NCBI GenBank assembly: GCA_000002435.2
Contig: CM018790.1
Source of the DNA: Giardia intestinalis
Taxonomy: Eukaryota
Length of the DNA stretch: 64,000 nt
Direction: 5' to 3' (one strand)
Every line of letters begins with the position of its first letter. The first letter of the stretch is position 1. The position numbers and the translations under genes were made by a program. Positions 52,701 to 58,381 of the stretch are shown in pieces. The notes below the pieces were generated by a model. The model searched no databases. It was not told where the DNA came from and was given only the letters and a program-made list of their open reading frames with translations.

Positions 52701-55700
52701 TAGAAAACCTTGGGGCCCAGCGTTAGTAAGTCTGCCTCAGCGGCTTGAATGGTGTCTGCCCAGAGACGAAAAGAGGGATTCTGCTTTCCTATAACGATGG
52801 CCTGAGCGGCTTCAGACAAAAGGGTCATGAAATCTTGAACGTTGGTATCTTTCAGGAGGATTGTTTGCAGATGTAAGTACCGCTGCTTTATGCTATACAG
52901 TGAAGTAATGAGTACAGATGCGGGATGAATGATGGATACAATCTCATTCGGATTGTCCGCCAAATTAAGTGTCACTCCGAGGCAGTCGGCCCAGCGGAGA
53001 GCCACTTGATGGATTTGATGCAGCACGTCGCTTATGTACAGTAGCTCATTGAAAATTTCAAATACGTTATAGAATAGATTCGGACATTCTGCTAGGGAAG
53101 TTGCGTTTTCTTCAGTATCGCATGCGGTTCTTAAATCTGCAATTTTAAGAGGTGCCGAAGATGCTGAGAGAGGGCGTGTGTCGCAAGTGCTTTCTGTTAA
53201 TGCTTGAGCCAGTTCATTAGCAGAGGAACTGGATGGTCCTCCTTCTTGATTAAAAGTTAGTTTGAATAACTCTGCATCATTTATGTCAAGAGTAGACTCG
53301 TCGCTGCTTGTAACGTTACGGATAAGCATAGCTTCGGCTGGGCGAAAGTATTGAGCCATAAATCGACGACTATGGGGGCCAGAATGCAGAGAGTCCTGGA
53401 TAGCAGCTGTGCGAATGGTTGCACGTGTCAATGGTTGTGTCATGCGGAGACGAGACCGCTCAACTGGGGAACGGAGCAGCTGAAACCCTTTAACGTAAGC
53501 CTGGATTGACTCAAGAAATTCCATAACAAGCTCATCTTCTAAAACCTCGAAGTTATCGTCGAGGAAGGATATATTCAAATCTTTTGTAAGGAAGAAAAAG
53601 GACTGCTTGAATTGGCGAGGGTAGAACCGTGCTATGAAGATGTCCCGATAGCTCATCCGCAGTACCTCCTTGCAGTATTCATGTAGCAGTACTGTTGTAT
53701 CAGAGACCCAATCACTTAACTTTAGTAGGTGCCTTGCAAATGTACGTGTGTGAGATTTTATTATGTGCCGTGCAATCTTCTGAAGACCTGTTATCTTAAA
53801 AATTTTAACTAATAGAGCGTGTACATTGAACGATCGGTGGGGAGCATTGTTGAAGTAGTCTAGTGTGACAGCAAACTCAGAATCGTTAGTAGCATCAGAG
53901 GCGGGTGCAGAAGGGTCAACCGCTGCGAAGCAAGAAAGCAGATCTGCAGACAGTGGAGGCAGAACATCGTTAGGAACATTATCTGGTGTATTAGTGCATA
54001 CTTGCTCTGTATGGGGATTACAGTCCGCTCGAATAGATTGCACATCTGTGCCTGAGCCATCTTCTAGTGTGTTATTCTGTACAGGTGCGCTGCTCTCACT
54101 ACTGTATAAAGCCGAAAAGGATCCCCATACACAAGAAGCATCGGGAGCAGGCTTAGCCACTTGAACAGAAAGAAAGTCCAAATACCCGCTTTCTAGAAGA
54201 CGCATTTCCATAAGCAGATCCACCAATACTAGACCTGTTGGTATCCACGACTTTACAAAATTGTCGTAACATTCGAGGCCATTGATCATTAAGGCAAGGT
54301 CATCCGGAGACTTGGGTTCTTTCCCCATGATAGACTCTGTCAAAACGACTATTCGAAAGAGATGCGAAGTAACCGTTCTCACTATGAGATGGGTATGATC
54401 AGCTACAGTCCTGCGAAGGGTACACATGGCCTTGATGACTGCTGCCTTGAACTGCAGGTTGTTAAATCGAATAACCTTATTCCCAATTAGCGAAGGAAGC
54501 GATATAATATGATTGAGAAGAAAATTATCTATTTTAGATGTTAGGATAGTAGCATTGTGAACGAGCTTCATTAGAACCGAGGGCTTCTGATGTAGTAATA
54601 TTTCAACATCGTTGAACGTCAATAGCCGAGGCTGCAAGGAATCGGCACTAGGATCAGTAGTACTTTCTACACCTTCTACACTATATACCACTAATGCGTC
54701 TTCCGAACTGTCTTGGATTTCAGTCTTAAGACTGACTCCTTGGGTCTTTGAAACATCTATAGCGGCAACATCATCTCTGGACAAAAATAGCAAATTATAA
54801 CCACCAATATCTAAATTAAATATAATCTGTGGTGGAAGAGATATTGGTTGCGGGGCTTCGAGGATAGGGCAGGTCTGCTGAAGAACGGTTTTATCTGCAA
54901 GCTTCCGCAACTCTTTAAGCCCAACCTCATCAATAAGAATATCACATGCTAGCCGTATGACGCCAATAAGCGAGTCGAATAGATCTCCAAAAAGTCCTTT
55001 AGTAGGCTCTGAAGCTGGAGACACAGAAATCTTATGATCACACTCCGAGCACATATCTAGAAACGGCTTGCATCCATAGATGTCATCATTAGTCAGGGCT
55101 ACCTTTTGGTAGGATTGGTTTTCGTGATCTAGTTGATATTGGAAGATTGTCTCTACCCACTCAGCAAGAAGAGCCTTTCGGCGAGCCAAGAGCCCAGCAA
55201 TTAACTGGGAGTCTGTCTTGCTAAGTCGTGTATACTCCAACATATCTGTCTCTGAAATAAGCCCAGAATATGCAGAGAAAATCTCCTTAGCCAGATCTAC
55301 ATCGTTTGTAGAACGTGGTCTTTGCTGAGAGACACTAACCATATTGGCACCATGTGCGCCTTTCCAACCTGGAGCACTTATGAACGGCGTCTTCTTGGCC
55401 TGGGCCTCTTGCTGCACTTTCGTGAGTGTGCTTGAGATAATCTTATCTAGTGGTGCACTCCTCAATGGAGCTAAAATCTGTGCCTCAAGCGCCCTATATT
55501 CTTCAAGCACCTTTGTGGAACCCACATCTGCTGATAAGAAGACCAGATCGTCCCTAGGGATAATGCCTCTTGCAACGTAGGTTTTAAAGAACTCCTTGAT
55601 AATTATGTAGAGATAGTTTGAGCTATCGAGTGCACAGAAAAATAGCTCACGGAGAGAATCGATAATTGCCTCAGGAGGCGGATTGGTGTACAATCCCGTT

Positions 55701-57955
55701 ATGTCTGTCTTACTCTGGTTGATATCTGCTACAAAATCCAGTTCAATTTGCAGTACGTTGGCAAGGGTGTCCTGCTCCTCATCAACTGGAAATAATCCTA
55801 GTGTTTCAAGGCGCTCCAGAAGTGAACTCTTGACGAGCCCATCGGGATGAGCCAAAGGTCGTTGATCGGAAACTGCTCTGCCGCTCATGACGTCCATGTA
55901 TTCGAGCATGTCTGTCTGCCACTTCAATGCTGCATCTGCGTATTCATCTGCGCAAATATTGGCTAGGATGCGCACAAAGAGCATATAGACCTTTATGATA
56001 TCCTCCGGGCATCTCAATGTGGACTGCTGTGCTTCGTTTGCTCGCATCGTTCGAACGTACTCCTCACACATGATGCAGGCAACAGAGGACAAGAGCCGCT
56101 CTACAAGGAACTTATTCAGATGTGTGTAGAACTGAGCCTTCCTGAGCTTCACTCCTCTCTTTTGTCTATTTCTAGACGATACCACTGCCTTTTTTAATCG
56201 CACAATCAGTTCTGTTTTGTAAGTGGGTAGCTGCTCTTCCTTAATCAATGAGGCAATAGCACTTGCAATCCTGGAATTAGACGATAAATCTTTAGTAGTA
56301 CATATTAGATTGTAAAGGTTAGACCCTAGAACAAAGTGTATAAAGTCCACATAGGTGGATGGTACCAAGCAGTCTGAGAATAGAACCACTAGATCCACTA
56401 CTTCTTCCCGAAGACTATCTAGGAAAGGAACGATATTATAAAACGGATGTGTCTGTAGCGAGTTAGTCTCAAGGAACTGGAATATACAAATGAGGGCATC
56501 GATCAGGGTGTGAAGGTCGGTGTCTCCGATGGATCCCAAAGACAATACAAATAGATGTATCTTTGGAAGAAGAACTGCAAGGTATTTGTTTAGAATTCTC
56601 TGGAATTGCTTTTCAAACTTGGTGGACGAAGTTAGGGCAGCGTAACAAGTTCTGAATCGTTCTCTACTATTAGATTTGTTGATTGCACGGTCATAATCAT
56701 CTTCAAGATGCTTCAGGAGTGCATCGCAATTACAGGATACTCGTTGATAGAGGTCTCCGATGTCCACAAGATTATCTTGAGCGCAGGTTGCAAACAGGCT
56801 AAGACCTGATTGTAATAAGAGCGTATCACAGACAAATGCATTCTTCGTTGTTGACATGTCCAAAGCGTTTTTCACTGCCGTCAACGAAAGAAGGTATTCC
56901 TCTGAAAGGTTCTTCAAGAGACGTTTCTTCAGTCCCACCAGATCAGAGCCATCAGGGAATCTCAGTCGCCTGAGCTCACGGTCTACGAGGTCACTTAAGC
57001 ATGTATAAGCTTTGTGGTGGAAAAGAGGATTGTACCGTGAAAAGTAAAGATCACCTATGCAAATAACCAGTGGCTTCCTTGCATGATTCTTAGCACCGCC
57101 ACTAAGGGAAGCCGATACTTCTGAAACCACATCGCTGTACTCTGTGTCAAGTATTCCCGAAGCTTCTGTGGGCTCATCGTCTGCGACATCGTATCCTGGC
57201 TGCCTTATGCCCATGTGTGACAGCTCAGTCGGTGTCAAGGCGCCCAGAAACGCCTGATTGCATCGCGGTGGAACAACCAGCTTCTGGACCAGATTCGTTT
57301 CTGCGGTCTGAAGAGTCTGGCATATGGTCTTCGCAGCAGACTCTGTTTCCTCTACAATTCTGACTGCCATGCCACTATCAGCAGCCACGGAGGATTGCAG
57401 CAAGTCACGAGGGAGCTTGGTCTCCTTCAAATAGGCAGAGTAGGCCAGCGTCCCAAGTGTCCCGACGAGGCCACCCTGTCGAAAGTGAGGCACAAGCATC
57501 AACGCGCTCGTCGGAACAGTCACAAAGAGCTCCAGCAACTCTGCATTATACGCCGACGGGACTCGAACGACGGCTTGCCTCGTTCGTGGGCTGATGGAAA
57601 GGAGATAAGCAGGCAGAATACCATGCGCGCTGTAACGATAGAGAACCGGCAGGCCACCACAGAGCCTGTCCATGTCTGCCACGAATATGGAGCACACGTG
57701 CGGAGAGGGGGCCACAGCATTGCTCTTGTCCCATTGTGTGCATGAACTATTCAATGGAATCGCTGACGAGCTCGATCTGTGCTCTCCGACTGGGCGGGCC
57801 TGCGGTGGCAACTCGACGTTAACACCTGACCCACCTGCGCTAGAAGCTGTCTTGCTCGGCGCTTTATGCAGTTCTTTATGTTCTGGCTTAATATGTTCAC
57901 TCTTCTTAAGGGATTCGCCACCCAGCATCGCTGGTACACGAAGTGGCTGGGTCAT
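37736..57955 (-). CDS. Giant hypothetical protein, 6,739 aa and 20.2 kb uninterrupted. It is largely helical, with one central Walker-A P-loop (GPRYSGKTT) and a possible Walker B.
   Basis: ATG-initiated. A 20-kb open frame cannot arise by chance at ~47% GC. The P-loop …ILGGVSVHLLGPRYSGKTTLIQAAHAL… maps to about 46469–46495 (- strand), near residue 3,820, followed by …HFTVLFLDNGKF…. No other GKT/GKS motifs were found, so it is not a dynein heavy chain or midasin (multi-AAA). No RING, WD or VWA domains were seen. Confidence 0.85.
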   Translation of the reverse strand: MTQPLRVPAMLGGESLKKSEHIKPEHKELHKAPSKTASSAGGSGVNVELPPQARPVGEHRSSSSAIPLNSSCTQWDKSNAVAPSPHVCSIFVADMDRLCGGLPVLYRYSAHGILPAYLLSISPRTRQAVVRVPSAYNAELLELFVTVPTSALMLVPHFRQGGLVGTLGTLAYSAYLKETKLPRDLLQSSVAADSGMAVRIVEETESAAKTICQTLQTAETNLVQKLVVPPRCNQAFLGALTPTELSHMGIRQPGYDVADDEPTEASGILDTEYSDVVSEVSASLSGGAKNHARKPLVICIGDLYFSRYNPLFHHKAYTCLSDLVDRELRRLRFPDGSDLVGLKKRLLKNLSEEYLLSLTAVKNALDMSTTKNAFVCDTLLLQSGLSLFATCAQDNLVDIGDLYQRVSCNCDALLKHLEDDYDRAINKSNSRERFRTCYAALTSSTKFEKQFQRILNKYLAVLLPKIHLFVLSLGSIGDTDLHTLIDALICIFQFLETNSLQTHPFYNIVPFLDSLREEVVDLVVLFSDCLVPSTYVDFIHFVLGSNLYNLICTTKDLSSNSRIASAIASLIKEEQLPTYKTELIVRLKKAVVSSRNRQKRGVKLRKAQFYTHLNKFLVERLLSSVACIMCEEYVRTMRANEAQQSTLRCPEDIIKVYMLFVRILANICADEYADAALKWQTDMLEYMDVMSGRAVSDQRPLAHPDGLVKSSLLERLETLGLFPVDEEQDTLANVLQIELDFVADINQSKTDITGLYTNPPPEAIIDSLRELFFCALDSSNYLYIIIKEFFKTYVARGIIPRDDLVFLSADVGSTKVLEEYRALEAQILAPLRSAPLDKIISSTLTKVQQEAQAKKTPFISAPGWKGAHGANMVSVSQQRPRSTNDVDLAKEIFSAYSGLISETDMLEYTRLSKTDSQLIAGLLARRKALLAEWVETIFQYQLDHENQSYQKVALTNDDIYGCKPFLDMCSECDHKISVSPASEPTKGLFGDLFDSLIGVIRLACDILIDEVGLKELRKLADKTVLQQTCPILEAPQPISLPPQIIFNLDIGGYNLLFLSRDDVAAIDVSKTQGVSLKTEIQDSSEDALVVYSVEGVESTTDPSADSLQPRLLTFNDVEILLHQKPSVLMKLVHNATILTSKIDNFLLNHIISLPSLIGNKVIRFNNLQFKAAVIKAMCTLRRTVADHTHLIVRTVTSHLFRIVVLTESIMGKEPKSPDDLALMINGLECYDNFVKSWIPTGLVLVDLLMEMRLLESGYLDFLSVQVAKPAPDASCVWGSFSALYSSESSAPVQNNTLEDGSGTDVQSIRADCNPHTEQVCTNTPDNVPNDVLPPLSADLLSCFAAVDPSAPASDATNDSEFAVTLDYFNNAPHRSFNVHALLVKIFKITGLQKIARHIIKSHTRTFARHLLKLSDWVSDTTVLLHEYCKEVLRMSYRDIFIARFYPRQFKQSFFFLTKDLNISFLDDNFEVLEDELVMEFLESIQAYVKGFQLLRSPVERSRLRMTQPLTRATIRTAAIQDSLHSGPHSRRFMAQYFRPAEAMLIRNVTSSDESTLDINDAELFKLTFNQEGGPSSSSANELAQALTESTCDTRPLSASSAPLKIADLRTACDTEENATSLAECPNLFYNVFEIFNELLYISDVLHQIHQVALRWADCLGVTLNLADNPNEIVSIIHPASVLITSLYSIKQRYLHLQTILLKDTNVQDFMTLLSEAAQAIVIGKQNPSFRLWADTIQAAEADLLTLGPKVFYLHCLSSPTLMAADFKQLAEELSLPLTEDKLIPNAQLLDISDFDYALRLARMIFTRAEKSTQTLLQLAEIDTFLQNLQIFPCELVIHINLSNELGVLFNKWQNSDSMATLEEDQQNQDLDEPQTAPIQLSAVPPRGTSRRGSKLSLALSAQPNNEPDDKNKQNASSSSSNAPKGPKARAFSRLSSLKLNVDELSTAEETPETSGIIISHWSSGSKENLLASTSGAPTSTAGSMTPNSMLSHASKTVLPFIQVHSGLLKVIREALFFVADILSRKHPHTVQARARQLEVQLLLLRSALISISRVSMLLPELLYILPRLTIVRNGVQDMSFLSLYNDFGDYKRTIFNTLNVLREANKLSSVNPGPGSFLALITGKPQLFTQLAHCTHDLSSILENVYTHVLSIPMIPHYNGKPVACALLLPKIPSIFYSIFSLQENLNTLYYCPAVYQSVLPNFDRVLLGNPRNMSYCEVGFNKKSSMHALPHLSPSDIIIVGLESGFERLYFEYGLRAPQELFLLSGMLNDMRLHREGLLREHKRAVLLLISLRISELLCQCLYQSIIYALTVVFCLHLDGNVDHFFTLKFTIFEQLKRHLVSPELHDSLEQKVDYTLLSSDYKIPETYINTIRRELFGLTGPMSNDDELLAKSVEKVAKIQYYKQRRCQRYLCFKAIAARVFEYDQLLNLIIHQTIEYYNDHYADAEIAALKGSRKKAKSIRIEAISQPDFAKALSMETISKLREIFVQIHHSKIHRSILTSAGCSLNVETNKILSSLAYGFISSSVLRDDTTDAFIKPSQMSSAPPTRVMMTAEDATLRCATRGFGKAAVNIVNSAASASRARDSEEKVSVDSHRTTGSITFTQDCKLFVGSSMVNLGPHYLGKATILDSLPLNYKQLAVVAKIIVGFVQRKPIFIYSDKLRGYNLLDTKIIAQYTSRLLCTRHIFLSLTSYSPANLIILQIISYFMAGYGVYLHGLEFLSTEHHARLIDCFNTIYLARGSFPIVKYQSGGSVPGELALNDFSTCMFTGYIVIILPELIYHEDGSISLSTTGRNMNSLFNQAKIEAFLDSFGSSLATSATKLNTLLTGALCNLSVSLPTGSRQPPGTRLTNERGDLPEGKPRCKIMAQLYGAILTDFLGIVHFDPTLVRTTFKCLPNAEVLMPIPSNHVLYHLFKKKGEAHAESFYEISLLLNAMQSACPKLYPDDIDIIYKRARDTTNTFSVAITTALLLIGQVYSLSIRDFLIKVVAFAFRLTSAQVSHIHKIVASLNKLLNLSTEEPVLKKALARDIPASRSHVYDTSADHSTAQKQDKQHDSEQEDNQLTNVQAEADTFKINYTRSPTASLSQNIWACIKQTLSSQYVQFCEAASEQVNIIGPLGTDLLLVCLEFLQLGPCALFSNNQSVQVLECYATILSKFGRLQPFFVHSINDLHHHSDTIRRLGSSALVVLLINDTTGNLGPSLYGALLAFMNPVPHLSMTNGVELDCELSAMFNASHTGDSLVSKYGRPKVLVITTGSFLEDKMLATPMGLIPHRIVIDSSVMRTEALIKLLVLNSFKLSSATANHMLDYIHEKMTQCTIDNIENLDTAKEYFRKMCTPPCTDEASALQMGLRRLRFISSLFYILVLHYFDQATAVFSMAPDLRGWRILRSTFYYYLVCCKVCVFKPPDVRSFTAEQLAERLVATNQQLTRKPQHQSSITTQSKPPALQSPSSKGLGGISSRRGDAGTVASCNTNRTARLTNLINPSLSSLSTRHDLTIIPRTPSMKSPTTQTDPSKTPKGTNMDLMNSLKPEAELQFSAHTTINLSHVWCAEHIGSFSSALAMFGERRFTFFDISLSDEFLIEYVYRAESYEQACFNLLCPVFAAVWTSVSLAYVQYIRGKVHRLSKLWMKYLSFHSKHTIPLLLSRFSNDKLLQKSLEVCLTHIEETLPPEYPYEQHKYAYLAVVTEKGSYMQYTSANRAHGNMPNKRSTNPILKSAKHKRDGNASAGAVVPPLTTGPLAKQSSRTSSAIKEQTNHYTYLKFLPYKFGQSLMTSSQTDNYLKPTSVHKLALHFDMLRSQLIFFIAICILGGVSVHLLGPRYSGKTTLIQAAHALIHEYSVMQLYLPSSCEENKIFLADAARELYLTNGNELRFPGRQILHMHFTVLFLDNGKFEQAQESVLDELTKHAGLDIVALFLGERVLSLNSPGNISISPEGDSHQSLLGTVDAPTLSITFESEFYPPQLQCSQLINIVVPDTGRAFLIDLLLNQRRYLDISSILTRVYPGLNCQEEASANETTKIAPGFNLTTDQAITSLNELSATWIKQLIDGLLLVKDQIPVSLLRLLAEMKRLSIFSTDQVQDIQMRLFTASSVFLALRFISEITAPTIINIIDALRGSLAMGKLSPIGPWGILTSSDTAAFAKANKLLELCGVTKLQMELSWETETLRIARENSQILEDSEASDSDTVIDGTCDTSEASNDQSLSEVAGSYSSFKPHLRQPPAILRVDGPKPEKQSQKTATDPSLTKFEESCVVPSLCVQMRGYIEMRKKLKILLGLKAFRGVKISSQTSLGLRQSSSEVFKAYIHAFTKYVVTRCSPGLANRIFTVHLTIQYDLELREKSVLMMLQSLRNPHGFRKQHGDSALEYFSRLQLDIITTILRKQDISSSLLDIVLMLASFGGYKLYGGRALIKLLLRVPSSGMEYTLGPATLDTQVYKESTASTGAKEVNDDSTRAAIAAALGSVKKDAASKDRTQSSSSTLITKTKLAQHLDIKVRDSLEIERQLEKYSAFDIDDTTQTQSADESLDRKTYKIILSVDVFLTQQNLDLSDDVVQAAKNSSSGLSISTEKLTPSQVPSSIFDEFIKSLISNVGRRGESQMVYYLLRGVFLLALQINPILALKSITFMEALQFCKVNNGVNPDIISSNILDAHLREFFAIYNISSLEHVWIEPTYSFFVVSSLAHLQHVDSLKVIHGLSSLGHAGNISLRLFTPAELVTLCLLASERHKLGVVIDTSTLISIASRNLAILLIADMPTPIGMKLPESPVLRHFATDISAISMQSGTEDTAAAHGSSSMSRAVSFSIANTSLVRKSVLSSIPLLLLSENQRYFSLNRNYFTLAAGYKQDIAGLDAQGKRYRGVRYIHILATTEAVAAATLHVYLFVTANLLPDSIFLTFERFAELSKLLYEQRVRYYTAFLHSCDILLQTIKLLNTGIYCQMFSPTIRENIIAYKDNLTLLKNYLYPYYKRALVLLRNAPCDCPAAVARVYAGSLRKDAIASDEAFETALSQHLKTTGFDRLSIIHNAGTGGFADTLFGSSKAGLDVITDTYLRDIIDTITCMFDDCDVPFAEAHQSSEVFKANAPPPGKNYSEILMARNSTLPFNLTAFPSAFLGICLDSFYPQWDVGAACYLTRFIFFANATVLQEILSLILAISLGTRLCFIEKALALPLAIASELHFITTTPQEYEERKEELAACRGNDGRYTLESLVGIIYWINAAQNVATFNLELAKAFSQDKAIGFTNVLFENITQINVHQTNAHESEISVLNMRTLMALFKLVGSRVSDKKSPIKLNGISITPVRPLHEYRYYIGLSQGTKFSSIVASGIMSFEVINSSILIQPKYSNINLYLKYLELQTPSALELQVVQTYSFTEAHLQNVLLYLTTPLEKTRPMMGHRLLFSTADLMRLLKRSSEINSKFVIEKHGTHLKKAIMNPGTFVHLLDENEDDVSSGQRLGKQRRNCLNHDTCDEMTFLLTTPVSYFDLELAMRLCERSIALANFRLQLEHEATELASKAEFAKHCARGMVSILIICQKLSCVMPTLARIFTDHFFAHFFLYLDEQLETPQWKGVPLSHVISHILLPYINARVYRMVPKAWGMPVCDLMSLIFSCALSECSIDNLFLLRFILSSDLREKAIRVSPFYNIHDERCQRARDLMDTAPFSFQASIATNYTWRNISLLYPHSERVLSWLDYFTSNNFMFVSLVTSLDPYKMILGHYIFKESQKAHASTTDKTGNVSEQSYITPLFTEECENIYHSNAELPLPTDLQVPCYNNVLQSLVFSLSITQLHLSQNFKLFGTANRLCSFRNEIQHRDTILKEAHEAYCKNQNLIPELTYPAVIGIVWYIIMVCGYIPDIATIGKSSHTYDPAHCIKPMLTTDTRYERKMSSRSYADGIGSCTLVIFYEEGMSILDLVIDRLERSLFDELKLAPCVITSRPTEDDFRTKTVIVDASIDTKETIDRLITMYNKGWRAASLLIVLIPVHVGQFYAEEAISRKEQRSRLLENEADTHHMAASNPQVQYNSLSYSLGVFMSISNGSRYYIEGPKTLSDAVVYLVTISLCVFKKHDLDLSSLNSKSFALYCSLLLQNALLKSDRGRMYSDSRFLTSLLHLIGMKKAEGMLSLSSQLISEYILAARSQDEASISAKKAGNVSPALDIHQSDREAHLSIYCNFFGPHPAISGPTVAFLSTYYSHNVPKMLFGMPCKWLADASSVHLILDGKFDQASLALTIARARLGRASVEADTSEIEDILLDIRNAQCDESSEALSSLSMSSVGSTSSALSTQNTHTSEGTSVLTRQALNDDATLLENRLEVTATELTKIVPRTRQIEKVSCDSKTASFLRLPNEEGALAIERILKTIKRYEHNIILKDSSQKERSPAEAERLTQLTASDLSSLEALKYQVFNMVPITYDNSLCNRMYREIFTIGLSQEVMTYLDGHPVYKNMFADTTIQQEEADLLKSIRTILYLSDGYCQTRRTTLPYFRTSLTERAPVFKIYSDMYWELRVDIYQSVLGNILKWAMLLHQSTGKGRDRERKTFVLLASRPTAIQQYKIDCQNNLVFSINVAKKKKLDKKAREKPSTDLFMIKLTGFRLFNIAYDPIEDTVADATPESVLGYTQSYTFYAVLVDTDYCEHNNSCLNRSDLKTALDMYKSGLVGTTTEMGDANKTGDALDAEDGIDDLIGIDGASYCSAEENEHATCFVSIPVIIEGTISGMQLFLRNKTGLQPLDVSIKGAYCSTGYLY

Positions 57956-58381
57956 TCTATTTTAACTCTGCCTTGAGGATGCCCAGGTATCAGAAAGACC
58001 GCCTTCAGAACGCAGCCACAAGGCAGCAGGGCCTCCATGGCGGCATTCCTGGGCTCTCTGGCTGTCTGTCCAAATCCATCCTTTTTGAAATCGGTTGATC
58101 GGGCACCCCACATGAATCTCAGAGACCTGCCACCTCAGCATAACGAAGGACAGAGGGGTCTTGGAAGTCTCATGCATTCAGCGCAGTAACAGAGTTGCGA
58201 AAACAGAACTTCATTCTCAGCACAATGCCACGGGCAGCACTTACATGCTCTGCGCACCGTGGCGTTCCAAAGCACTCAATGGGTTCTGTAACTATTAAAC
58301 TAATCCTTTTATGCACCTTATGATATTCGTAAGTATCTTTAGTATTTTTGAAAAATCAATTCGGCAGGAAATCAATTCCAG

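Noticed and set aside
37736-57955. Giant ORF as a dynein heavy chain or midasin
   Set aside because: Only a single P-loop is present. Dynein (P1–P4) and midasin (six AAA) have multiple GxxxxGK[ST] motifs at fixed spacing. The size (6,739 aa) also exceeds both.
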